This document shows positions 43,101 through 56,282 of a stretch of DNA of 64,000 bases, piece after piece. Below the pieces are notes generated by a model that was not told the DNA's origin, searched no databases, and saw only the letters and a program-made list of their open reading frames with translations. Both the position numbers and the translations under genes were made by a program. The number at the start of each line of letters is the position of its first letter. Position 1 is the stretch's first letter. This stretch comes from Eledone cirrhosa (lineage: Eukaryota), in contig OZ024741.1 of NCBI GenBank assembly GCA_964016885.1, positions 379,998,001 through 380,062,000 of the forward strand, given 5' to 3'.

Positions 43101-45005
43101 TTCTCCACGAGAATATCAATGAATATTCTTTTGGTGATGTTCAAACGGTAGTCTCCAATTGATGTGGGGAACATTTTTTAATGTTATGTAATTTTTTTAA
43201 TGCAATTTTTATTATTTTTGTGTGTGTGGGGTGCAATTTTGATGGTTTGTACGTAGTTTTTTTCTGTGATGTTGGTGTTTTCTGTGTTTGCTATCGTGTT
43301 GTTGGAGGTGACGATGGGGTAGATGGTAAGGGTGGTGGTGGTGATGATGGTGATGGTCGTGGTGCTGGTGGTGGTCGTGGTGGTGGTGGTGATGGTATAG
43401 GTGGTTGTCGGTGTGTGGCTGTTGATGTTTGTGGAGGAGGTTGGGTAGTTTTCATTTTCTTTTATTTTAAGGTTATTTCTTCCTCCTTTTTTTTAGGGGG
43501 GGGGGGGGGGTAGGGAGTTCTTCCTTTTCTGTTGGAATAGTTCTCCACTATTTGGCCTCATCGCATTCCTTGTCCGATTTGGCTATATCAGGAAAGTGTA
43601 TGCTTTCCATTGGTTTTGTGGGTGGTGGAAGAGATGGTGTTTTTGTTGTTGGGGATGGTGATTTCTCTTCTGCCACTGTCTTCTTTGTTTGTTTGTCTGC
43701 TCCATTTGCGGGTCACGGTGTGGGAAGAAGGGGTGGGCGCGTGCCTGTTTTGGTAATTTTGAGGCAGAATGCCTTAAGGTGCGTCTTGTCACCGCATCCA
43801 TGACACCTTGGGCGCCTACCTTCGACAGTCATGGGTAGATGGCTGCCGTCGTCCAGGTCTATTACATCGGGGATGGCCTCAACGCTTTCGTGGTTTGCTA
43901 GGATCATTAGCTCCATCCCCGACCCTGTCCAATTTTCTGTCTTATTCGTATGAAGTTGAGTTTGGTTGTTGCATCCTCAACGACATCGAGGACGGCTGCC
44001 GTCAACAACGCCATCTTCACTGAGGGTGGAAACTGGACTACTCGAACCTTCACGACTCTCTGGCCGCAGTATGTGGGCATCATTGTGATTTCGTCACTGC
44101 GGAGTGATGCAATGGAGTGTGCTTTAGCTTCCTCAGGTGTAGCGATCCCCGGGCTATATATGTTTTCTGTGCCCAGACGGCACCCATAGCTCTTTGGATA
44201 TGTGACTCCGTTGCCCGTTCAACTCGCCGGGATTTTGATCCGATCGTGCGATAACTGACCGAACACAAAAGTTTGTTTCTTATTATCTCAGTTGGGCGGG
44301 TGAGATTTACACTGTCTCCGGTTTTTTTTAACCAAGACCTTTGCTCGTTTTATCTCTTCGTTAGTGATGTGTATTTGCTCAAACTTGTTGGTCGCTTTCG
44401 CGAAAAATGTGTTTGTTTTGATTTGTCTTGACACGTCACTAGTTTTGTCTTTGTTGCCGTCGTCGGTGTTTTTTATTGTTTCTTTTTCCTCTGTGTTGCT
44501 GCTGTTATAGTTGTTGTTCTTTGGGTTCTTTGGGATTGTTGCTGTTGTTATTGTTGTTATTGGGGTGGTAGTGGTATTTGGTTTCTGTAACGCAGGAAGA
44601 TTTTCGTTATAATTTTCACTACTGCTACTACACTTCCAGTGACATTTGCTACTGATGTCATTACCAATGTCGCTGTCGCTGCTGCTGCTGTTTCTCTTGT
44701 CTTTTACTTTGCCTTGTGATTCGGTGGAAATGGCTGTTCCACCCTCTGAACAACTCGCTGTTCCTCCCTGTGGACAAATTTCCCTTGTCCGCCATGTTTT
44801 TATTTTAAACAAAATGTTGGGGTTATGATTGTAAATAAAATAAAGTTTTGCACTCAAGGGCGTGAGATACAGTAAAAACAATCACCTCCTTTGACAGAGG
44901 GGTGATTTAACTACACAGCGATGTAAATAAATATTATTAGAACTTTCGATAGCTCATACAAATTCAACAAACTTACTCCCCCGTAGTTACCGCCGTCTTG
45001 AAATG
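40110..45005 (-). mobile_element. Tx1/L1-like non-LTR element flanked by (AAT)n on both sides; EN domain deleted
   Basis: ORF1 VEGRRPRCHGCGDKTHLKAFC (CCHC). ORF2 [81 protein letters not shown] then ATT tail. AAT tracts at 40043-40109 and 45014-45076. Confidence 0.92.
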
Positions 45006-45022
45006 ATAACAACAAATAATAA

Positions 45023-45076
<54 letters not shown>

Positions 45077-45078
<2 letters not shown>

Positions 45079-46008
45079 ACTGCTACAGAAACTGGCTAAG
45101 AAATGGCAAGAAAAGCCTCTGTATGGAAAATACCCAGAGCGAGCTAACAATCCTGATGTTGACAAAACTTTAACCCATCAGTGGTTGGCATCCTCTGGAC
45201 TGAAATCGGAGAGTGAAGGACTGATTATATCCGCACAAGATCAGTGTCTGCCAACAAAAAATTACCAAGCCAACATAATAAAAAATGGGTGCAGCCCATT
45301 ATGCCGTGTATGCAAAAAACAACCAGAGACCATTGACCATATAATTTCAATGTGCAGTCCTATAGCTCCAACCGAATACCTAAACAGGCATGACAGAGCT
45401 GCACAATACATACATTGGATAATGTGCAAGCATTTTGACCTGCCCCATCAAAAGAATTGGTGGGAGCATCAACCACCTCCCATACTTGAAAAAGATCACA
45501 TCTCAATCTTGTGGAACTTTAGCATTCAAACAGACCGAAAAATAGATGCAAATAGACCTGATATAATATTGAAGGACTTTCAAAGGAGGGTATGCCTGCT
45601 AATTGATATGTCTGTTCCAATAGACAAGAATGTATCTATAAAAACATTTGAAAAATTGAGCAAGTATAAGGACCTGGAGATAGAAATTGGAAAAATGTGG
45701 AAATTGAGAACTAAAACAATACCAGTGGTTGTAGGCGCTCTGGGAATGATACCTAAGGGGTCTAACGACTACTTATCGCAAATCCCAGGAAACCCGCGTA
45801 TAGGAGAAATACAAAAGATAGTACTAATGGGAACTGCCCATATACTAAGGAAGATCCTGTCAATATAAGTACATCACAAGTCTAAACACTAAGGATGCAT
45901 GTGTGAATATGTGTGTTCTTTCTTGAACATGGCGGACCTTGTTGTCTCTTGAGGTCACTGGTTGTGACTTGGTGATAACTCGTATAAACATAAAGCAAGA
46001 TAAATGCA
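45077..46008 (+). mobile_element. R4/Dong-like family A, 5'-truncated
   Basis: ORF 45185-45868 has CRVCKKQPETIDHIISMC, RHD, NRPDIIL..LIDMSVP..EKLSKYKDL. AAT tracts on both sides. Confidence 0.92.
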
Positions 46009-46037
<29 letters not shown>

Positions 46038-46040
<3 letters not shown>

Positions 46041-47426
46041 TGAGGAGGGGTAGGTTGAGCAGAAGTAGCGGGATCCAGATACCAACAGGTGAGATGATAA
46101 AGGAAATTGACTCTGAGGAAGGATACAAGTATTTGGGCGTTCTGGAGGCTGATGGCATAAAGAACAAAAAATGAAGGAATTGTTAAGAACTGAATACATT
46201 CGGAGAGTAAGGAGCGTATTGAAGTCACATCTGAACAGCAGAAATGCCATAAGCGCAGTAAATTCCCGAGCTGTGTCTATTATTAGGTACAGTGCGGGAA
46301 TTCTGAGATGGTATGTTGCTGAACAAAAAGAAATGGATAGGAAGACTAGGAAGCTATTGACTATCTACAACATGTTTCACAAGAGGAGTGATGTCGATAG
46401 ACTCTACCTAAGGAGATCTGAGGGTGGAAGAGGTCTTATCAGCATAGAGGACTGTGTTCAGATGGAGAAAAACAACCATTACAAATACGTGACCTATAGT
46501 AAGGAGCCAATGCTCAGAACTGTACTGAAGGAGGGGACAGTAGGCCAGGGGATGTCCAAAGAGGAAATAACATTAAGGAGGAAGAGCAGCCTTAAGGGAA
46601 AATCCCTTCATAGTACCTTCTTTGAGAAAACTGAATTTAGAGATCCACAGACATGGAACTGGTTGAGAAGAGGAGACCTCAAAAAGGCTACAGAAGGAAT
46701 GTTAATGGCTGCGCAGGAGCAGGCCCTCAAAACGAAGTGGTTGAAGCACCATATTTACAAGGAGGAGGCTAGCCCACTGTGCAGGATCTGTGGAGAGAGA
46801 GAGGAGACTGTGGCTCACATTGTGTCCGAGTGTAAACACCTAGCCCAGACCCACTATAAGGGCTGGAGACACGATGTGATGGGCAGGGTGATCCACTGGC
46901 ACCTGTGCAAAGTAAACAATTTACCACATTCTGAGAAATGGTATGAGCATAGGCCAGAGGCGGTGATGGAGAACAATCAGGTGAAGGTGCTGTGGGATTT
47001 TAGGATACAGACGGACAAAAAACTGGAACACAATAGACCTGACCTGGTGGTTGTGGACAAAGAAAAAAGATCGTGTCTGATTGTGGATGTGGCCTGCCCT
47101 TTCGACACGAGAGTGCAAGAGAAGGAGAGGGAGAAAATTAACCGATACCAGGACCTAAAGTGGGAGGGGAAAAGGATTTGGAACTGTCATGATGTCAAAG
47201 TGATCCCGATTGTCATAGGCGCACTGGGGACTATCTCCAAAAGTTTCCAGGGATGGTTAAAGAAAATCGGCCCCTTCACGCTTTTTGGAACGCTTCAAAA
47301 GGCATGCTTGCTTGGAACAGCAAGAACCCTCCGATACGTCCTGAATATCTGAGGCTGCAGATAGTGGCTTGATATTCATTCCAACGGACTTTCCAGTTAA
47401 CCAACATCAATGACTGAGATTCAAGG
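46038..47426 (+). mobile_element. R4/Dong-like family B, 5'-truncated
   Basis: ORF 46171-47352 (393 aa) is nearly identical to the 22-23 kb copy. AAT tail at 47427-47500. Confidence 0.93.
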
Positions 47427-47435
47427 AATAACAAC

Positions 47436-47500
<65 letters not shown>

Positions 47501-48439
47501 GGGAAGAAGAGGCACATGGTGGATAGAAGGTCGTGAAATCGCTCTCGTAAGTTTTTGAATTTTAACATATTTAAATCAATTGTGAAATAACAATTCTTAG
47601 TACAAATGATAGATAAAGCATCCGACTCCAAGTCTCAGAAAAATTCCGATCCATAATATATTGTTATATCGACCAAATATTCAATTTTGTATCATACATT
47701 TTATATTCAAAAAAGAAAATGGTTATAAATTGAAGAAAACTCCTTCTGTCTACACTATATAGAACAGCCAAATAACAGCAATTTCACCAACACCAGAAAC
47801 TAGATACACCACCTACCTCACCACCCCTCTGTGTACACTAAATACAACAGCCAGATAACGGTAATTTCACCACTACCAACACCAATCTCAGCATAATAAT
47901 AATAATTACTATTATTATTGTCTCAAGTTTTAACAAAATGTTTAATTCCAATATTAAGTAAAATGTCAACACATATATTAAACATACGCAACAAACGCAT
48001 AGATACACAGATCAAACAAAACTAGTCTATTCAACAACACTCAGTAACGACAATGCCATCACTATAGTCACCGCCACCACCACTCCATCCATCATTGCAA
48101 CCACTATCCCGTCACCGCCGCCACCATTCCTTCATTGCTACCACCACTATTGCCCCATTACCTTCTGTTAACTTAAGAAAGGGGAAGGTGGCGGTATCAC
48201 TAGACAAGGGAGAGGCTTGCAAAATATATAAAGAGATTGACATAGTGACCCGGCCACCGGCCAAACGTCAACACTGGCTCCCCCCTTCCCCACCAACAAT
48301 AGAAAAAGCCCCAGCACCACCACCGACATAGCCAACAACAACAACAGGCAACTTCAGCAACAAGTATATTATATTATTATTAATTTCATTCTTAAGCCAC
48401 GCAATGCTCACATTAAGGAACCACTCATGATAATAACAA

Positions 48440-51400
48440 TTTAAAAAACAACAAAAAAGAAAACCCCGTGACCAAGAAATACCGGGATGGCGGCCGGCGG
48501 GGAATAACCGTGTCTCTAGGGGAGGACGACCCTTCTAGTCTTGATTGACACTCGTCCTAGAAGTGGTAACACGAAATGATTACCCCGTGGCGGATAAGGA
48601 TAACACGCTACAAAATAAAGTAAATGTCTAATGATAAAATCTCATACCGGATCGGCCGTCACCCGGGTCAAAAAGGGCCGCGTCCCTGAGAGAGGAACCA
48701 GACTGGGGTCGAGAAATCAGCTAATGGTTCAAACCTTCCCATCACTTCGGGGCTGGAGACCTCCCATAACCGGAATGCTCCTACTGTTGGCCCTCTATGC
48801 TCACCACCAAGAAATCCAAAGAAAAAGAGAGAAAAATTGTCAAGGGAAGATAATAAAGAAGTCCTTGAGGCTTTCTACACTGCCATGTACTACCCATCAA
48901 ATACATCGAATACAGAACAGACATATATCAACTGGAAAAAGAAACATCCCGAAAGCAGAGGCTATATTGACAGTAACAAACTAGCTAATATACGAAGAAA
49001 TATTGTAAAAAAGAATTACTAACTGATATAGAAATTGATCAGATCAAGCTATTAGCACAAAGTCAGCGAAGGAAAAATGAAACATGTGTCAGTGAAAACG
49101 AGGTAAATTGTAACACTTCGAATCCCAGGGTTGGGGCGGAATCACTGCCAACAGAACAAATTAAAGAAAGGATCGAAAAAGTGGAGGGAGTACATGCTCA
49201 AGATGAAACTCCAAATGAAAACAATGAGATCGTAAATGATAAAGAAATGAATGAGAATGAACTTGCCAACTTGAAGGATGAAATTATGATCGAATGGATG
49301 AAAATGAAAGAATCTGACATGGGGGAACGAGACACCCTCCCTAAGATCCAGAACTCCATACAGAACCAAAATATAATACACAAGACTAACATAATTCTCA
49401 AAAACATTATCATCACAAACAAACTAAACATTACTGATTTAAATCATCTCTATTATATGCATAGGCAAAAGTCACCACTCACTTATGTGGAGTGAAGATG
49501 AAAAAACAAAGGAATTACCACAAAAAATCTACAGAACATCAATCGCCAAATAAACCTTCTCCGATCTGACATAGAAATGTTAACAAACTATAAAGTAGGT
49601 GAACATGTTAAACAAACTAAACTTAGAAAATTGAAAAGAAAGTAAAGTATAAAATCAACAAGTGACATAGACATGCTGATAGAAATAAACAAGCAAAAAA
49701 TGTCGGCCAAAGCTGCTCGTATAAGGCGCTTTGAAAAACGATCTAGATTCTATTAGGACAATAATATGTTAAAAAACAACCAAAGAAACTTCTACAGAAA
49801 AATTGGTAAGACAACAATAACTGCTAAATCAATACCACCCAAGGAGGAAGTGCAAAAATTCTGGGAAAAGATCTGAGCCGAAGATAAAAATCATAATATA
49901 CATGCCCCATGGATAGACAGACAAATGAAAGATACAGCTCACCTTGAGGAACAAATATGGGAAAATATAACAGTTGAACAGTTGCGTTTGGCTCTAAGTA
50001 AAACAGCAAATGGAAATCCCCAGGAAAGGACAAAATACAAAATGTTTTGATACATGCCTTCACAGAGTCTCATGAGCTGTTAGCCCAACTTTAGAATGAA
50101 ATAGTTAAGGAGCCAGAAAAGATACCATCATGGCTAGTTAACGGCATTACATTCCTGCTTCCGAAGAATGATGAGACAAACAATCCCAAAAATTACAGAC
50201 CGATAACTTGCTTGACCACAATGTATAAAATTTTGATATCAGTCCTAACTGAATATACATATGACCACCTGATAACAAATGACCTATTTCCCATTGAGCA
50301 GAAAGGGTTTAAACGAGGCTCATATGGCTGTAAGGATCAGCTTTTGGTTAACAAAATGATACTGGAAGATTGTCATAATAGACACCACAATCTATCAATT
50401 GCTTGGATAGATTATAAAAAAGCATTCGATAGTTTGCCACACAGTTGGATTGAAAAATGTTTAGAGATTTTCAAAATATCTCCCGTTGTCAGGAGGTTTT
50501 TGTCATTCAGTATGAAGACATGGAAAACGACACTCCTTTTGTATAGTGAAACAAAATCACTGGAAGCTGGAGAAGTTAATATTCATTGTGGAATTTTTCA
50601 GGGTGACTCTTTATCACCGCTTTTATTCTGCATCGCACTTATACCATTAAGTAAAATGCTCAATGAAACAAAACATGGATATAAAGTCTATGACAAAACC
50701 ATTAATCACTTGTTCTACATGGATGACTTGAAACTATTTGCAAAAAATGGTGAACAATTGCAAGGGCTATTATCAACTGTGGGGCAGTTCAGTGATGACA
50801 TTACAATGGAGTATGGACTAGATAAATGCGCCAAAGCGACGTTCACCAGAGGAAAGCTGCTGAAAAGTTCAGACATTAATCTTGATCGGGGGAATGTGAT
50901 AAGAGAACTTGATCAAGAGGAAACTTGCAAATATCTAGGTGTTTGTGAAGGAGACGGAATCAAGCACTCGACAATGATGGAAAGGATAAGGAAGGAATGT
51001 TACCGCAGAGTAAGAGCAATCTTAAGAACGGAATTGAATGCAAGGAATAGGATCGATGCCATAAACACGCTTGCCATACCAGTAGTAACCTACAGTTACA
51101 ATGTCATCAACTGGTCAAGCACAGAGATCCGTAGGCTCGATACAAAAATTCGAAAATTCTTAACCATGCACAGAATGATTCACCCTAAGGCAGACACAGA
51201 TAGAATATATCTCCCTAGGAAAGAAGGAGAACGTGTGTTAATCCAGTTAGACATTGCTTTGAAAACTGCAACAAGTGGATTATCTACATATCTAAGGGAA
51301 TAACATGATTGGATAATCAAACTCGTTTTGAAACACGAACGCATCAAAAGATCATACTCCATTACAAAAGGTTCACACAGATACAGTAATGGACTACACA

Positions 51401-52408
51401 TTTCAGAAATCCCATTTACTGCTGAAATGGAAAACACAGAAAAAGCAAAGCAGGTAAAAGTAACTGCAAAGAAAGAACTGCTACAGAAACTGGCTAAGAA
51501 ATGGCAAGAAAAGCCTCTGTATGGAAAATACCCAGAGCGAGCTAACAATCCTGATGTTGACAAAACTTTAACCCATCAGTGGTTGGCATCCTCTGGACTG
51601 AAATCGGAGACTGAAGGACTGATTATATCAGCACAAGATCAGTGTCTGCCAACAAAATTTACCAAGCCAACATAATAAAAAATAGATGCAGCCCATTATG
51701 CCGTGTATGTAAAAAACAACCAGAGACCATTGACGATATTATTTCAATGTGCAGTCCTATAGCTCCAACCGAATACCTAAACAGGAATGACAGAGGTGCA
51801 CAGTATATACATTGGATAATGTGTAAGCATTTTGACCTACCCCATCAAAAGAATTGGTGGGAGCATCAACCACCTCCCATACTTGAAAAATATCACATCT
51901 CAATCTTGTGGAACTTTAGCATCCAATCTGACCGAAAAATAGATGCAAATAGACCTGATATAATATTGAAGGACTTTAAAAAGAGGGTATGCCTGCTACT
52001 TGATATGTCCGTTCCAATATACACGAATGTATCTAAAAAAACATTTGAAAAATTGAGCACGTATAAGGACCTGGAGATAGAAATTGGAAACATGTGGAAA
52101 TTGAGAACTAAAACAATACCAGTGGTTGTAGGCGCTCTAGGGATGATACCTAAGGGGTCTAATGATTACTTATCGCAAATCCCAAGAAACCCGCGTATAG
52201 CTGAAATACAAAAGATAGTACTAATGGGAACTGCCCAGATACTAAGGAAGATTTTGTCAATATAAGTACATCACAAGTCTAAACACCTAAAGATGCATGT
52301 GTGAGTATGTATGTTCTTTCTTGAACATGGCGGACCTTGTTGTCTCTTGAGGTCACTGGTTGTGACTTGGTGATAACTCGTAAGAACATAAAGCAAGACA
52401 AATGCAGC
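48440..52408 (+). mobile_element. R4/Dong-like family A, apparently full length, pseudogenised
   Basis: N-terminal SREDNKEVLEAFY..NKLANIRRNIVKKNY; WKSPGKDKI; YRPITCL; WIDYKKAFDSLPH; GIFQGDSLSPLLFC; HLFYMDDLKLF; zinc-finger and REL motifs; AAT tail. The 5' boundary is approximate. Confidence 0.92.
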
Positions 52409-52428
52409 TGTAATAATAATAATAATAA

Positions 52429-54333
52429 CGAACAGAAAGGATGCCGAAAGAAGTCCCGTGGTACAAAGGACCAGTTACTTATTGATAAGATGGTAATGAG
52501 GAATTGTAAGAGGAGACAAAATAGGTCTTGCCATGGGATGGATAGACTAAAAAAGCCATTTGACATGGTGCCTCATTCTTGGATCACCTAAAGCCTAGAG
52601 ATCTTCAAGGTGGCAGATAACATCAGACAGTTGTTGAGCAAAAGTATGAAGTCCTGGAAAACAGAGGTAACATCAGCTGGTGAATCCTTGGGATGCGTGA
52701 AGGTCAAGAGAGGTATCTTCTAGGGAGATAGTCTGTCCCTTCTGTTGTTTGTCCTTTCCCTGATGCCCCTGACCATTATACTGCAAAAAGTGAGAACAGG
52801 ATACAAGTTAGGAAAGAGAGAGCTTACCATCAATCACCTCCTCTTCATGGACGATCTTAAGCTCTTCGCGAAGAGTGGGGCGGAGTTGGACGTGCTTGTT
52901 GACACTGTCCGTATTTTTAGCAATGATATATGTATGCAATTTGGTATTAGTAAGTGTGGAGTTCTTGTGATGAAGAGGGGTAAACTGAGCAGAAGCAACG
53001 GAATACAGTGACCAACATATGAGATAATAAAGGAAATTGACACTGAAGAAGGATACAAGTATTTGGGCTGATGAAATCAAGAACAAAAAAATGAAGGAAT
53101 TGATAAAATCTGAATACTTTCGGAGAGTAAGGAACGCATTAAAATCACATCTGAACAGTAGGAATGCCATAAGTGCAGTACATTCCCGAGATGTGTCTAT
53201 TATTAGGTACAGTGCGGGAATCCTGAGATGGTATGTTGCTGAACAAAAAGAAATGGATAGGAAGACTAGGAAGCTATTGACTATCGACAACATGTTCCAC
53301 AAGAGGATTGATGTCGATAAACTCTACTTAAGGAGATCTGAAGGTGGAAGAAGTCTTATCAGCATAGAGGACTGTGTTCAGATGGAGAAAAACAACCTAC
53401 ACAAATACGTGACTGATTGTAGGGAGCCAATGCTCAGAATTGTACTGAAGGAGAGGACAATAGACCAGGGTATGTCCAAGGAGGAAATAACAACAAGGAG
53501 AAAGAGCAGCCTTCATGAAAAATCCCTTCTTTGAAAAAATTGAATTCAGAGATCCACAGACATGGAACTAGTTGAAAAGTGGAGACCTTAAAAAGGCTAC
53601 AGAAGGAATGCTAATGGCTGCGCAAGAGCAGGTACTCAGAATGAAGTGGCTGAAACACCATATTTACAAGGAGGAGGCTAGCCCACTGTGCAGGATCTGT
53701 GGAGACAGAGAGGAGACTGTGGCTAAAATGGTATCCGAGTGTAAACACCTAGCCCAGACTCACTTTACAGGCTGGAGACATGATGTGATGGGCAGGGTGA
53801 TCCACTGGCACTTATGCAATTAAACAATTTACCACATTCTGAGAAGTGATATGTGCATAAGCCAATGTCGGTAAATAGAAAACGATCAGGTGGAGGTGCT
53901 GAGGGATATTAGGAAACAGACGGACAAGAAACTGGAACACAATAGACCTGACCTGGTGGTTTTGGACAAGGAAAAAAGATCGTGCCTGATTGTGGATGTG
54001 GCCTGCCCATTCGACACGAAAGAGCACGAGAAGGAGATGCAGAAAATTAACCGATACCAGGACTTAAAGTGGGAGGTAAAAAGGATTTGGAACTGCCATG
54101 AAGTCAAAGTGGTCCCGATTGTCATAGGCGCACTAGGTACTATCTCAAAGAGTTTCCAGGGATGGTTAAAGAAAATTGTCCCCGCCCCGCTTTTTGGAAC
54201 ACTTCAAAAGGCATGCTTGCTGGGAACAGCAAGAACCCTCCATCGTCCTGAATATCTGAGACTGCAGGTAGTAGTTTGATATTCATTTCAACAAACTTTC
54301 CAGTTAACCAACATCAATGACTGAGACTCAAAG
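52429..54333 (+). mobile_element. R4/Dong-like family B, longer and more diverged 5'-truncated copy
   Basis: [20 protein letters not shown]; HLLFMDDLKLF; CRICGDREET; NRPDLVVLD. AAT tracts on both sides. Confidence 0.92.
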
Positions 54334-54363
54334 AACAATAATAATAATAATAATAATAACAAT

Positions 54364-56278
54364 GATTTCTTTATTGGCCACAGGGGCTGACATCAAGTAA
54401 ACATTATAGACGGCACAGGACGGTATAGGACGGTACGATGTGGGTTTTGTGCGTGTAATTTTTTTTTATTATTTATTTAAGAAAAGAAAAAAAAAGACAG
54501 ACACATATATAAACAATAAAAATGAAAATTGAAACAATGAAAAATTCGGCAATAGGGGGGAATCATCCGAGGGTTACTCGTGGCGAAAACCCAACAAAAG
54601 ACAACGGCCACTCTGACCACCAGGGCAAGCGCCTTCTCTCAATGTTTCCTTTTCTCAAACTACAGACGTATATTCAGAGCGGCCCCGTTCACTCGGACCA
54701 TTCTCACAACATTCACCCACCTTTCAACAAACTTGCTAAGAGGCAGCACTTGACTCTCCACCCTAGAGCACTTTCCTCTTCAAGTGAAACTTGAAAAAGT
54801 TAATTAGGGATTCGCCGAAGAGAAACCCATCTGTCTTTAACCCTTTCAACCTTGTCCACCACACAATCTCTATCGCTATGGCCACCATGCAGATGAAAAT
54901 CGCCTGCCCTTCCTCCTAGGAGGAAGACGGCGAGACCATCTGCACAATGGACTCGGTCGATGACCTGATCAGTCCTACACGCGACAGCAACTGTTCGACA
55001 TAGCTCTACACATTAGCAATGCTCGGGCACTGAACGAGTGCGTGCTCGAAGGTTTCGTCGCTCTGCGCGCATCTCGGACTGGCTCAGCTGACGGCACTTC
55101 CGTGCTTGTAAAGCTTATCTCGAACCTTCAATGCTCCCCGGTAGCACTGCCAGGCCAAGGATTTTTGGATCATAAGCCCTGGGCTGAAAGTTCGCCGGAA
55201 GAGAGCAAATAGTTGATCTTCTTCGATGCCCAGGATATCTCCGAGAACGTCGTCGGACTTCTCCTCCACTAATCCTCTATAGAGCGCCGAGGTGTTTTTT
55301 ACGCCGATACTGGTGCCCAGCTGGCAGAGGGCAGTGAGTGCCTGGAGACATTCCAGTTTCCAAGCGCTATCCCTCGGTCTTTTTCTGACCCAGGACTGCA
55401 GCTCCGTCAAGGACACGAGTTGTGGGAAAACGTGCCTAGCGAACAGCTAACACACCTGTTCACCGTCAATTAAGCACCAGAGATGTCGCAGCCTCAGCTC
55501 ATGTTTTCGAATCATCAGCCATGGCAAGCCCAGTCCTCCACGCAACGGGTGTTGACAGCAGATGTATCGTCTGACGATGGGAGCGCGTCCCTTCCACAAA
55601 AGCGGAAGAGAAGGGGCTACATTTTGGTGAGAGTTGGGCCGGGACAAGGGACGACGGTGGTGCGGTAGCAGATGACGGATGCGATGTATGCATTCACCTC
55701 CTCCACCCGGCCTTTCAGGGACAGCTTCCTCTCGGCCCATTTCTGGGAATAAGGTCACCTTGCCCGTCACCTCGCTCCTGTTTTTCACCATCTGGAGGTC
55801 CGGTCCGAACCAGACCCCGAGCAATTTAACCGGTTCTTCCTTCCAACGCCCCATGACGCTGTCGGACGGCATGGAATTGCCTCTCCAGGTGCCGAGCTGC
55901 AAGCCCACCGACTTTTCCTAGTTTATCTTTGGTCCTGTCACCGCTTCATATTCCTGGAGAGCGGTGCCGAGCATCTGGACGTGTCTGATGCTCGACACAA
56001 AGGGTGACGTCGTCGGTGTAAGCCGACTCGGATTTCCCGCATCCTAGTTCGCGTGGGACGCCCCTCATCGCCCCAGTTTGTGCAGTAACGGCTCGAGGGC
56101 CAATACGTACAAGAGGGACGAAAGGGGACAACCCTGGCGGACCAAGCGCATGAAGCTGAACAGCTGCGACAGATGACCGTTCACCCTCACAACTGAGCAG
56201 ATGTCGCTGTACATCGCAGTGATCCAACCCCTGTAAAAGGGCGCGAAACCAGCTGCCCCGAGGACCGCCACCAGGTCG
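54364..56278 (-). mobile_element. Tx1/L1-like element, divergent subfamily, 3' half
   Basis: [20 protein letters not shown]; SAYTDDVT; VKLLGVWFGPD; KSLAWQCYRGAL. AATAAA then ATT tail adjoining the Dong tail. Confidence 0.9.
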
Positions 56279-56282
56279 AGGA

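Noticed and set aside
46171-47352. 393-aa intact ORF as a domesticated gene
   Set aside because: It is simply the 3' part of a young truncated Dong copy, nearly identical to the frameshifted 22-kb copy, with no RT core or promoter evidence.
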